This document shows positions 26,045 through 35,331 of a stretch of DNA of 64,000 nucleotides, in pieces. Numbering within the stretch: the stretch's first letter is position 1; each line of letters begins with the position of its first letter. Source of the stretch: Clostridia bacterium (GTDB taxonomy: Bacteria > Bacillota > Clostridia > CAKSNL01 > HGM11501); contig JAZQAZ010000023.1 in the NCBI GenBank assembly GCA_045545475.1, positions 1 through 64,000 on the forward strand. The letters are read 5' to 3'. Both the position numbers and the translations under genes were made by a program. The notes under the pieces were generated by a model, which saw only the letters and a program-made list of their open reading frames with translations, made no database searches and was not told the DNA's origin.

Positions 26045-27532
26045 TTATTCAAACATTTTGTTGATTTCACTAACTGTTTTTCTTACAAGCAAATCTCCGC
26101 CCACGTGGCCTGACACACCGCTTGAAACGTATGCCGAATAATGGCTTCCCGATTCTGCTTTTTCTGTGGGAAGGTAGCCCTTGGAGCCACAGCATAGCTG
26201 AATTAAAAATGTCTGCTTTGCCTTGCTTCTCGCCCTCATCTGATTTCCGTAATCAAGGAAAAGCTCATAGGGGTTTGTTGCAAAGGCAATGTTTCCGAGA
26301 CGGATTATATGTACTTCAATTTCATCAACATTTTTTGTTTCCTGGTCTTCAAATCTTGCAAGAGTGCCTGCGTGAATGTGAAGCTTAGCGGTATCATTAA
26401 AGTTGATTGTTCCGGTTTTATTCTGCTCAAAAAATTTCTTTATTGTTTCTTCCGCCTTGTCCTTTTCCTCAATTGTGACACGGCGAACGGGCATATCAAG
26501 CTTAAATGTTTTATGGATAAGCGTTGCCTCATCAACGTAAGAATTTACTTCTTCAAAAGCATATTTTATTTCGTCGGAAATTCTTCTTGCCACTTTTTTG
26601 CACCCCGAAACATCAAACATTGAAGGATCGGTAGTTCTTTCTATTACATAATCTCTTTCGATGTTTGGATCGTTTATGGGAGTTTCAGGTTCAACCCATC
26701 TTATCATATCACGTGGGCACTGGTCGCCTGCGGCAGAGATAAGGCCGAGAACGTATATATCCTTTCCGTATTCAGCACGAAGGTATTCCTTTACCTTGCC
26801 CCAGTAGTCGGCAGAAATGAAGTTTCTGTGCTCCAGTACCTGGGCAGGACAAGCCACGTTTGCAACAACGCCTGTCAGCTTTTTATTTTTGTCATAGGTG
26901 AACAGAATTTCAATACCTGAATCGTTTCCGCCTTCAAGGGCTGTGAAGTTTGCCTTGTTGGTATCGCCCCACATCTTTGCGCTTCCGTCATCATAGCAAA
27001 CTCTTCTGCACATTCCGACAGCTGCTCTTCCGAAGGCTTCTGCATACATTCCCTCGTCCTTTTTGTTCCAGGCTTCAATTACCGCTTCAGCAATTTTGTC
27101 TGCAATGTAGGAATGTGCCTCTTCATCCCTGAATATATCCTCTGCATCGGTTTTTGCAAGTTCTTCATACTTTATGCCTTCGGGAGTAAATCTTTTAAGA
27201 CACTGAAGTCCTCCGCCGAAGGTATCGCTTCTTCTTGCGTAGGAAGGAGCGGTATGGGTGTGGATTGCACCTATAATAATCTTATCAAGAGGAAGGGATA
27301 TTTTACCTTCCACCCTCTCCCTTACCGAGCAAAGAAGCTGATAGCTTGTTGACACAAGATCGCAGGAGCACATAACAAAGGCATCTTCGCCACTCTCAAC
27401 GGCAAATGCCGTTACGGTTAAGGGCGACTCAACCTGATCTGATACTCTTTCATAAAACTGTCCGGCAAGGCTTACCTTTACACCCTCCGGAATTATGCTT
27501 TTTTCGCTCCATCCGATTTTTATCTTACTCAT
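26045..27532 (-). CDS. Ceramidase-like metallo-amidase paralog (hypothetical protein)
   Basis: IKIGWS N-terminus, AIHTHTAP, SAAGDQCP, PYELF and GYLPT; same motif order as 17933-19273; start moved to MSKIK. Confidence 0.65.
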   Translation of the reverse strand: MSKIKIGWSEKSIIPEGVKVSLAGQFYERVSDQVESPLTVTAFAVESGEDAFVMCSCDLVSTSYQLLCSVRERVEGKISLPLDKIIIGAIHTHTAPSYARRSDTFGGGLQCLKRFTPEGIKYEELAKTDAEDIFRDEEAHSYIADKIAEAVIEAWNKKDEGMYAEAFGRAAVGMCRRVCYDDGSAKMWGDTNKANFTALEGGNDSGIEILFTYDKNKKLTGVVANVACPAQVLEHRNFISADYWGKVKEYLRAEYGKDIYVLGLISAAGDQCPRDMIRWVEPETPINDPNIERDYVIERTTDPSMFDVSGCKKVARRISDEIKYAFEEVNSYVDEATLIHKTFKLDMPVRRVTIEEKDKAEETIKKFFEQNKTGTINFNDTAKLHIHAGTLARFEDQETKNVDEIEVHIIRLGNIAFATNPYELFLDYGNQMRARSKAKQTFLIQLCCGSKGYLPTEKAESGSHYSAYVSSGVSGHVGGDLLVRKTVSEINKMFE

Positions 27533-28991
27533 TTTTATTTCCCCCATCCTTTAACGCACACGAAAATTCGTATAAAGCGTTAAATTTTTCATACTTTTCG
27601 TCAAGCACTCTATCGTGTTTTGGAGTATATACCTTTTCAAATTCAATGGCTTTTGCCGCATCATCAAGACTTTTGATTTTGCCGTCGGAAATTGATGCAA
27701 TTATGGCAGCACCTAAGCACGCCGCTTCCTTTTCCTTCGGCACCATAATGGGATAGCCCGTGATATCCGCCTGCAGCTGACACCAGAGGTCGCTCTTTGA
27801 ACCGCCGCCCGTTGCAATTATCGCATCAATCTTGGTTCCGTTTCCCTTTATGTACTGAAGATTTTTCTTAAGAAGGAAGCCTACACCCTCCATTACGGCG
27901 TATGCCATGTCAAAAGCATCGTGCTCCTGACGAAGGCCCCAGAATACGCCTGTTGCACGGCTGTCAAACTCAGGAGAATTTGTGCCCACAAGATAGGGCA
28001 GAAACAAAAGGGAGTTTCTTTTTCTCTTTTTAATTTCCTCGTCAATTTCCTTAAAGGAAGAATCCTTCATACAGGTGTTTTTGAACCATTCAAGGCTTAC
28101 TCCGCCGCTTTCCGCAACGGGAAGCATAATGTGTGTATCCGGAAGAAAGCCGTAGTGCATGGCTATTCCTCTTATGTCATCGCAAGGCTCCTTTGAAAAG
28201 GTTGCCATTGCCATAACGGTACCGGTGGAAAGAGTGATTTTACCCATTTTTATGTTGCCGGTACCAATCATTCCTGCAAAATGGTCAAGTGTGCCCACAT
28301 TTATTTTTGTGTTTTCCGTAATGCCAAGTTTTTCTGCCACATCCGCTTTAAGGCATCCTGCAACGGAACAGGGCTCAACCAATGGCGGAAGCTGTTTTTC
28401 GCTTATTCCGATGGCATCTGTCATTTTCTTCCAGTAGCATTTTTTATAAATGTCAAAATAGAAGGAAAAGGTTGCAATCGACATATCGGAGACCTTTTTG
28501 CCGGTCAATGCAAAAATCACATAGTCCTTAAGGAGCATATAGGTTTTTGCATTGTCGTAAACTTCCCTTTTATTTTTCTTAAGCCACAAAATTTTTGTTG
28601 CCGGCCAGGTGGGAAGCACCGCCTGCTGACCTGTTACACTTTCGCATTCTTCCTTTGAAAAGAGCTTTGAAAGAGCCGCACATTCCTCAACCGAGCGCTC
28701 ATCCATCCAGGAAATGGCGTTCATCAGGGGATTTCCGTCATTACCTACAACAACCAATGACTCCGCCTGACCCGTAAACGCCATTTCGTTTACGGATTTG
28801 ATTTTGTTTTCCTTTAAGATTTCGCTTAAAAGCTTAATGAGATTATTTACATACTCTTTTGCATCAAACTCCACAAAGCCCTGCTCTCTTATATAACTGA
28901 CGGGAAAGCTTTTTCTTGAAACAAGCTTCATTTCCCCGTCATAGAGAGCCGCCTTGATGTTGGTGCTTCCGAGGTCAATTCCTATGTACAT
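27525..28991 (-). CDS. FGGY family carbohydrate kinase (xylulokinase-like)
   Basis: IGIDLGSTNIKA, ISWMDER, STGT, FLPYLVG and TGGGSKSDLWCQ. Confidence 0.92.
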   Translation of the reverse strand: MYIGIDLGSTNIKAALYDGEMKLVSRKSFPVSYIREQGFVEFDAKEYVNNLIKLLSEILKENKIKSVNEMAFTGQAESLVVVGNDGNPLMNAISWMDERSVEECAALSKLFSKEECESVTGQQAVLPTWPATKILWLKKNKREVYDNAKTYMLLKDYVIFALTGKKVSDMSIATFSFYFDIYKKCYWKKMTDAIGISEKQLPPLVEPCSVAGCLKADVAEKLGITENTKINVGTLDHFAGMIGTGNIKMGKITLSTGTVMAMATFSKEPCDDIRGIAMHYGFLPDTHIMLPVAESGGVSLEWFKNTCMKDSSFKEIDEEIKKRKRNSLLFLPYLVGTNSPEFDSRATGVFWGLRQEHDAFDMAYAVMEGVGFLLKKNLQYIKGNGTKIDAIIATGGGSKSDLWCQLQADITGYPIMVPKEKEAACLGAAIIASISDGKIKSLDDAAKAIEFEKVYTPKHDRVLDEKYEKFNALYEFSCALKDGGNKNE

Positions 28992-29007
28992 AATTATCTC
29001 TCCAATG

Positions 29008-30366
29008 TCACATTACAAGTTCAATGTCCATAATTTTGCAAAAGTCCTTAATTTCCTCGGTAAAGTTTCCGTATGCAACCAAAACGTGCTGACCTGCCAC
29101 ATTCTGGGCGAACTCTTCAACTGTGCAGCTGTCGGGGAAAACCTCTAAGCTGGGAAGCTGAGGAGCGGGATCGTCCCATCCGTATTCGTTCCACGCAGGA
29201 GGATTTTTAGCCTCTGCGGTATAAACGTGCATCTTGTATTTTCCGTTTAAGTAGTAAAGTCTTGCACAGGTAACATAACCCGTTTTTACCTTTGATACGT
29301 TAAGAAGAGAAGAATTAAGAAGACCGAATGCCGCAGGAAGAACTGTTACATCGCCGTCTGTCACAGCCTTGGGAACAAAGTCCGGAACGCCGATTAACAT
29401 ACTCTCTTCAAAGAACTCGTAGTATTCAAGATAAGGAACAGTCTGTCCCGATAAATACTTCATTAAAATCTGTGTAACCGCACCCATAATGTCATTTTCG
29501 GGAATCGTTAAAACGCCGTAGTAATGCTCAAGAAGCATAAATACCATTGCAGGAGGGAAGCCTAAAAGTTTCTTCATTCCGTCAACGTCAAGAAGCGTAA
29601 TTGCCTCCCAACCGCGCTCTTTTATCTTCATGCCGATGGCAAGGGCATATTTAACGCCGTTTTCGATAACGGAATCGTCACATTCCTTATTGAATTTCCA
29701 GTTTTCCTTTACAAAGTCAACTCCTGCCTTTATTTCATCTGCCGAAAGCTTTTCAAGGTTCTGTACCATTTCAAGCATTTCAAAGGGCTCAACCTCAACG
29801 CCGATTTTACCACGCATGGAGTTTCCTTCAAACTGTGTGCCGTAGAGAAGCATATCACGGTAGCCCATTGTGCCGACTCTTGCACTCCTTAATTCCTTCT
29901 TTGCACAGGACGCCGTAAGGAAAGCATTTATTTTAGCCAAAGGATAATCCTTGCCGATTACATTGTAAACATACTTAAAGGTGTAGCCAAGTGCTTCAAA
30001 AGCAGGTCTTATTGCAGTTGTCCCTGCCTGCTCTGCAGTTGTGATGATTCTACCGTTTTCCTTCCAGCCGCAAAGCCCCCATAAAAGCATGGGAATGTGT
30101 CTGAAATTGTCTGTTACTCTTATAACGGCGTGAGTGGGAACCCAGCCTGCAACGCAGACAACCAATGCAGAAAAATCCTTATCAAGGATTTTTGCGATTG
30201 CCGCATCTGCTGTTTTATATTCAGGATCGTCAATTACAAGGCCGCCGTCAAAAACCTCATAGCCTAAGTTTTTAATTACGGAAAGTCCCTCATCGTGCTT
30301 CATTTCAAGTCTTTCTATGGGTGTGTTTATTTCACCGAAACAAACAAAAGCAATTTTCTTATTCAT
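29008..30366 (-). CDS. L-fucose/L-arabinose isomerase-like sugar isomerase
   Basis: Overall layout with PENDIMGA (E-x-D), GYVTCARL and QHVLVAYG, typical of FucI-like proteins. Confidence 0.75.
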   Translation of the reverse strand: MNKKIAFVCFGEINTPIERLEMKHDEGLSVIKNLGYEVFDGGLVIDDPEYKTADAAIAKILDKDFSALVVCVAGWVPTHAVIRVTDNFRHIPMLLWGLCGWKENGRIITTAEQAGTTAIRPAFEALGYTFKYVYNVIGKDYPLAKINAFLTASCAKKELRSARVGTMGYRDMLLYGTQFEGNSMRGKIGVEVEPFEMLEMVQNLEKLSADEIKAGVDFVKENWKFNKECDDSVIENGVKYALAIGMKIKERGWEAITLLDVDGMKKLLGFPPAMVFMLLEHYYGVLTIPENDIMGAVTQILMKYLSGQTVPYLEYYEFFEESMLIGVPDFVPKAVTDGDVTVLPAAFGLLNSSLLNVSKVKTGYVTCARLYYLNGKYKMHVYTAEAKNPPAWNEYGWDDPAPQLPSLEVFPDSCTVEEFAQNVAGQHVLVAYGNFTEEIKDFCKIMDIELVM

Positions 30367-30402
30367 ATTTTTATCTCCTTTTTTACCAAGCAGGGTCCTG
30401 CA

Positions 30403-31536
30403 TTAGTCAATAACTTCTACTGTTTTGTTGTAGAAGGATTTAAGAGCCGCTGTTGCCATAGTATGAGAAAGAACGGTTTCTTCGGGAGTAAATAAGCCGA
30501 AGGGTACTTCCTTTCCTTCATATTCCATAATGAATGCGGCAATCTGCTGCTGAATTGCATCTGTAAAGCCGAATTCAAAGATGGGGCCTGTGATTGTGGG
30601 AATCATAGGCTTATAGCCGATTATAATGCGGTTCCAGGACTGCTCCTTACCCCAGGATGAGGTGTAATAGAAAGCGTTTGCATCGTCACTTGAGAAGCGT
30701 GCACTGCAATCCATACCGTAAATTTCAAAGAACCAGCGGTTTGTGGATCCGGGACACATTCTCTTTGTTTCAAAGGTCATAGGAATTTCGTCACCGTCTG
30801 CATTCAATGTGGTTGTGAAAATTGTGCAGTTATCAAAGGTATCGCAAACAACAGTTCCTCCCTTGCCGTCGGGACGCTCCTTAACAATGTTGGAAAAATG
30901 TGCTCTTACGGTCTTTGGCTTAAAGCCAAGGCGGAAAGGAACGTGCTGTGTGTGAATACCAAGGTCACCGAGGCAACCGTATTCGCCGTTGAACTTAACC
31001 ATTCTCTTCCAGTTGATGGGTTTATTTACGTCCATATCACTGCAGTGATTAAAGCCGCAGTGTATTTCAAGAATTTTACCGAATTTACCTTCGTTAAACC
31101 AGTTAATCATAGTCTGCATTGCAGGATAATAGGGGAATTCGCTGCAGCAACGAACGAAGGTTTTGGGATTTTCCTTTATAGCTTCCATAATTTTGTCATT
31201 TGCCGCTTTATCAATACCAAAGGGCTTTTCGCCAAGAAGTGCCTTTCCGCTTTTTATAATGTCAATATAGAACTGCTCGTGAAGGTTGTGAGGAACGGCA
31301 CAGTAAATTGCGTCGATATCCTCTTTATCTAAAAGTTCTTTATAGTCGGATACAGCATATTTGATTTCCGGGAAATTATCCTTGAACCAGTCCATTTCGG
31401 CAGGAACAACGGAGCATATACCAACGATTTCGGGTTTTGCAATATCTTCCTTAAGGTGGCACCATCTTGCCGCCGCAGATGTAAATTCTCTTGCCATAAG
31501 GCCACAGCCGATAAGGCCGAATTTAATTGTTCTCAT
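30403..31536 (-). CDS. Gfo/Idh/MocA family oxidoreductase
   Basis: FGLIGCGLMA, AVPHNLH, LGEKPFG and GCLGDLGIH. Confidence 0.92.
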   Translation of the reverse strand: MRTIKFGLIGCGLMAREFTSAAARWCHLKEDIAKPEIVGICSVVPAEMDWFKDNFPEIKYAVSDYKELLDKEDIDAIYCAVPHNLHEQFYIDIIKSGKALLGEKPFGIDKAANDKIMEAIKENPKTFVRCCSEFPYYPAMQTMINWFNEGKFGKILEIHCGFNHCSDMDVNKPINWKRMVKFNGEYGCLGDLGIHTQHVPFRLGFKPKTVRAHFSNIVKERPDGKGGTVVCDTFDNCTIFTTTLNADGDEIPMTFETKRMCPGSTNRWFFEIYGMDCSARFSSDDANAFYYTSSWGKEQSWNRIIIGYKPMIPTITGPIFEFGFTDAIQQQIAAFIMEYEGKEVPFGLFTPEETVLSHTMATAALKSFYNKTVEVID

Positions 31537-31566
31537 AATTTTACCTCTCTTTATTTAAAGTATTTC

Positions 31567-31606
31567 AAGGGTTATTGCATTAAAAGACTTTAAGCAATAA
31601 CCCTTG
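31567..31606 (-). other. Intergenic hairpin after the class III aminotransferase gene
   Basis: AAGGGTTATTGC...GCAATAACCCTT inverted repeat. Confidence 0.6.
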
Positions 31607-31614
31607 TTTTTTTA

Positions 31615-32985
31615 TTAATATCCGAAATGCTTTTCGGTCTCGGCTACTGCCTCTTCAATTATGTCAAGTCCCTTAAGTGCTGCTTCGTCGTCAAGAATCA
31701 TAGGAGGAGACATACGAAGGATATGACCGGAGGGTACCCACGCAAGACCCTTTTCGAATGCCTTCTGATAAATCATCTGACCTGCTTCTGCGAAGGGCTC
31801 CTTGGTGTCTCTGTCCTTTACGATTTCGATTGCCTGCAGGCATCCCAAAGCACGAACGTCGCCGATGATGGGATGTGCTTCCATCATCTTTTCCATCTTG
31901 GCAAGCATAATCTCACCAAGATGAGCTGAACGCTCATTAAGATTTTCTTCTTCGATAACTCTGATGGATTCAAGAGCTGCAACACAAGCCATGGGGTTTC
32001 CGCCGTAGCTTGAGGATGCGGAAATCTTTTCGATGGCAGGAGCTAAATCCTTGGAAACTGCAAGTGCGGTTACGGGGAAGCCGTTACCGAAGCCCTTACC
32101 AAGGGTTGTAATATCAGCTGTAACATTCCAATGATCCATCGCAAGGTATTTACCTGTTCTTGCCATACAGTTAAGAACTTCGTCGGCAAAAAGAAGTATA
32201 CCGCGTTTGTCGCAAAGAGCACGAAGTGCGGGAATGAAGTCATCGGGAGGAATGATGGAGCCGCCCCAGCCCTGTACGGGCTCTAAAACGATGGCAGCAA
32301 CGTTTTTACCGCCTGATGCACAAGCGTTATCAAGCATACCTTCGATCATATGGATGTAGGGTGTTGAATCCTTCCATGCCTCTTCGGGTGTTCTTCCGAA
32401 AAAGTCACGATAGGGATTGGGACGGGGAACAAGCATAAAGCCGGGTGCTCTCATATGTGTGTCGGGGCCAACAACTGCAAGGGAGTTTGCACCGTAGGTC
32501 TTACCGTGGAAGTCTCTGAAGAATGAAATGAATTCCTGCTTGCCTGTTGCCGCCCTTGCACAGCGAAGACCTGCTTCAACAGCAGTTGTACCTGAATCGT
32601 AGAACTGGAAACCGCCGAAGCGTCCGCCTGTGATTTCGTGAAGCTTTTCGACAAGTTCCATCTTTACCTTTGTTGTAAAGTCATGGCAGTTCATAAGTTT
32701 TTTAGCCTGCTCGGCAACAGCTTCACTGATTTTGGGATGGCAATGACCAAGACCGGTTACATAGATACCGGATGAAAAGTCAAGATATGTATTACCGTCA
32801 ACGTCGGTAAGAGTGTATCCGTAGCCGGATTCAAAGGTTACGGGGAAAAGCTTAACCTGGCTGGAATAGCCTTTCATATACTTTGCACATCTTTCGTGAT
32901 ATTCAACTGATTTAGGTCCGGGAACGGTTTTTGTTACCATATGGGGAACCTTTGTAAGATCCATTTTTGCCCAATCTTTAGCCAT
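31615..32985 (-). CDS. Class III PLP-dependent aminotransferase (GabT-like)
   Basis: DVDGNTYLDFSSG, LGHCHP, FHGKT, EPVQGWGG, ADEV, TLGKGFGNGFP and YGGNPMAC. Confidence 0.95.
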   Translation of the reverse strand: MAKDWAKMDLTKVPHMVTKTVPGPKSVEYHERCAKYMKGYSSQVKLFPVTFESGYGYTLTDVDGNTYLDFSSGIYVTGLGHCHPKISEAVAEQAKKLMNCHDFTTKVKMELVEKLHEITGGRFGGFQFYDSGTTAVEAGLRCARAATGKQEFISFFRDFHGKTYGANSLAVVGPDTHMRAPGFMLVPRPNPYRDFFGRTPEEAWKDSTPYIHMIEGMLDNACASGGKNVAAIVLEPVQGWGGSIIPPDDFIPALRALCDKRGILLFADEVLNCMARTGKYLAMDHWNVTADITTLGKGFGNGFPVTALAVSKDLAPAIEKISASSSYGGNPMACVAALESIRVIEEENLNERSAHLGEIMLAKMEKMMEAHPIIGDVRALGCLQAIEIVKDRDTKEPFAEAGQMIYQKAFEKGLAWVPSGHILRMSPPMILDDEAALKGLDIIEEAVAETEKHFGY

Positions 32986-33004
32986 AATAAATTCTCCTTT
33001 TTAT

Positions 33005-33186
33005 TTTTTTCATTTTTACTTTCTTTTTTCTTTCAAAAGCTATAACTTTATTATATAACAAAGCTTTTACATTGTCAATACTTTTTTTGTTTTTATTTTC
33101 GTTTACTTTCGTTTCAAAAGAACTGAAAGCGATTTTCCCCTTTTTTTCTCCCCTTTGTTGACAAAACGAAAATAAAATAGTATAAT
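33005..33186. promoter_or_regulatory. Divergent consensus sigmaA promoters with TTTC-repeat (DeoR/AgaR-like) operators
   Basis: Minus: TTGACA (33078-33073)-17-TATAAT (33055-33050). Plus: TTGACA (33158)-17-TATAAT (33181). TTTC repeats at 33005-33039 and 33091-33120, inverted copy at 33163-33177. Confidence 0.7.
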
Positions 33187-33217
33187 CAAAGCATAACATA
33201 AAGAGGAAGATGATAAA

Positions 33218-33973
33218 ATGGTAGCAGAAGAAAGAAGAAAAAAAATTCTCGAAATCCTGAATAAGGAAGGCAGCATTCGTGTAACGGAATTAAGCCGTAT
33301 CTTCGAAACCTCCGAAGTAACCATAAGAACAGACCTTGCCGATATGGAATATAAAGGACTACTTACCCGTGTTCACGGCGGTGCGGTGTGTTCCTACAAG
33401 CCTTATTACAGCATGAGCTTAAATCAGAGAATGTCCACAAATCAGGTACAAAAGGAGATTATTGCAAATAAAATTGCAGGAATGATTGAGGATAACGACA
33501 CCATCATGCTTAATTCGGGCACAACCACACTCCTTGTTTTCCGTGCCATTCCGCAAAACTTAAATTTAAGCATTGTGACAAACTCAATTTCCATAGCCCT
33601 TGAAGGAACATCGAATCCCAATTTCAACATAATTCTTTTAGGCGGTCTCATAAATTCCAAGTATCAGTTTACTTTTGGTGACGATGCCATAAGACAGCTT
33701 AAGAGCTATCACGCAGACAAGCTCATTTTGTCAGTTGACGGAATTGACCTTGAACACGGCTTTTCCACCTACTATGATAAAGAAGCAGAAATTGACAGAA
33801 TTATGCTTCAGCAGTCAAACGTAAACATTGTTGCAGCTGACCATTCCAAATTTGACCGCTGTGCTTTCACAAAGATTTCCGACCTTTCCGTTGCCGACTA
33901 CATAGTAACCGACACCGATGCACCGGAAAAAATGAAAGGAAAGTTATCGAAACAATCAATTAAAATATGCTAA
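33218..33973 (+). CDS. DeoR/GlpR family transcriptional regulator (AgaR-like)
   Basis: ERRKKIL, SEVTIRTDL, RVHGGA, NSGTTT, IVTNS and ADHSKF. Confidence 0.95.
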   Translation: MVAEERRKKILEILNKEGSIRVTELSRIFETSEVTIRTDLADMEYKGLLTRVHGGAVCSYKPYYSMSLNQRMSTNQVQKEIIANKIAGMIEDNDTIMLNSGTTTLLVFRAIPQNLNLSIVTNSISIALEGTSNPNFNIILLGGLINSKYQFTFGDDAIRQLKSYHADKLILSVDGIDLEHGFSTYYDKEAEIDRIMLQQSNVNIVAADHSKFDRCAFTKISDLSVADYIVTDTDAPEKMKGKLSKQSIKIC

Positions 33974-33975
33974 AG

Positions 33976-34005
33976 AAAAAGCCTGAACTTTCGTTCAGGC
34001 TTTTT
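33976..34005. terminator. Bidirectional terminator
   Basis: AAAAAGCCTGAAC-tttc-GTTCAGGCTTTTT. Confidence 0.8.
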
Positions 34006-34008
34006 TGT

Positions 34009-34356
34009 TTATTTCAAGAGTACTATTTCTATTCCCAAAACTCCAAATTGTGCCTGCCTTTCAGGGGAATAATACTCTTCCATATCTTTATAGGATGCAT
34101 CCTTTATTTCTTCCGGTAAATATCCGCACTTTTCCAGAGGAAGTGATTTATACAGTTCTTCAAAGGAATCAAAGCTGTGAATCTCTTTTACTAAAGTTTC
34201 AAGTTTTTTCTCGGCTTCTGTTGCTTTACTGAATATTATCCTATCCCCTGTTTTAATTAATTGTCTTTTCTCATCATTCAGACGCAACTCAATAGTTTTC
34301 TGCCCTTTTTGAATCATTTCGAAGGGAGCATCATTAAGTTTCATATTATGTATCAT
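34009..34356 (-). CDS. ASCH domain protein
   Basis: MKL..PFEMIQKGQKTIELRLNDEKRQLIKTGD...FGVLGIEI; start moved to MIHNMK. Confidence 0.85.
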   Translation of the reverse strand: MIHNMKLNDAPFEMIQKGQKTIELRLNDEKRQLIKTGDRIIFSKATEAEKKLETLVKEIHSFDSFEELYKSLPLEKCGYLPEEIKDASYKDMEEYYSPERQAQFGVLGIEIVLLK

Positions 34357-34393
34357 ATCAGTTTTCTTCCCTTTCATACCGATACATTAACTA

Positions 34394-34424
34394 AAAAACA
34401 GACCGCCTATGGCGGCCTGTTTTT
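34394..34424 (-). terminator. Terminator of rpsB-tsf
   Basis: AAAAACAGACCGCC-tat-GGCGGCCTGTTTTT. Confidence 0.75.
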
Positions 34425-34426
34425 AA

Positions 34427-35311
34427 TTACTTAAGCATGGAAGCAATTTCGTCTGCGAAATTATCTTCTCTCTTTTCAATACCTTCGCCCTTTTCGTAAC
34501 GAACGAACTTAAGAACCTTGGCACCTGCTACAGTGCTGTCAATGTACTTAGCAACTGTGATGTCCTCGTCCATAATGTAAGCCTGATCAAGAAGACAAAC
34601 TTCGCTGAAGAACTTACGGATTCTACCCTGAACCATCTTTTCAGCGATGTTTTCGGGCTTACCTTCGTTCATAGCCTGAGTCTTTAATACTTCCTGCTCG
34701 TGAGCTACAACCTCAGCGGGAACATCTGCCTGAGCGATGTACTTGGGAGCATACATAGCGATGTGCATGCAAAGGTTTTTACCCATAGCTGCAACTTCGT
34801 CGTTTGCAGGAGCATCGATCAATGTCATAACACCGATTCTGCCGTTGTCGTGATTGTAAGTAGCAATTGTGCCTTCCATTCTTTCGAAACGACGGATTGT
34901 CATATTTTCGCCGATAACAGCGATTTTGTTTGTAAGAGCATCCTGCACTGTGCCGCCTTCGGGATATGCCTTTGTGAGAAGGTCAGCAACATCAGCGGGG
35001 TTTTCCTTTGCAACAACCTTAGCTACGTTTTCAACGAAAGCCTGGAAGTCAGCATTCTTTGCAACGAAGTCTGTTTCAGCGTTTACTTCAAGGATAACGC
35101 CAACGTTACCGTCAACGTAAAGCTTAACTGTACCTTCTGCAGCAATTCTGGAAGCCTTCTTAGCAGCCTTTGCAAGACCTTTTTCTCTTAAGTACTCAGC
35201 GGCCTTTTCCATGTCGCCGTCGCACTCAACCAAAGCCTTCTTACAGTCCATCATACCGCAGCCTGTGGATTCTCTTAAATCTTTAACGATTTTAGCTGTA
35301 ATTTCTGCCAT
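34427..35311 (-). CDS. tsf: Translation elongation factor Ts
   Basis: LRESTGCGMMDCKKAL, ETDFVAKN and FVRYEKGEGIEK. Confidence 0.98.
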   Translation of the reverse strand: MAEITAKIVKDLRESTGCGMMDCKKALVECDGDMEKAAEYLREKGLAKAAKKASRIAAEGTVKLYVDGNVGVILEVNAETDFVAKNADFQAFVENVAKVVAKENPADVADLLTKAYPEGGTVQDALTNKIAVIGENMTIRRFERMEGTIATYNHDNGRIGVMTLIDAPANDEVAAMGKNLCMHIAMYAPKYIAQADVPAEVVAHEQEVLKTQAMNEGKPENIAEKMVQGRIRKFFSEVCLLDQAYIMDEDITVAKYIDSTVAGAKVLKFVRYEKGEGIEKREDNFADEIASMLK

Positions 35312-35331
35312 TTTCGTATCCTCCTTAAAAA

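Noticed and set aside
32978-33324. Two 73-aa minus-strand ORFs in the divergent promoter region
   Set aside because: They span promoters and operators and are low-complexity Lys-rich translations of A/T tracts.
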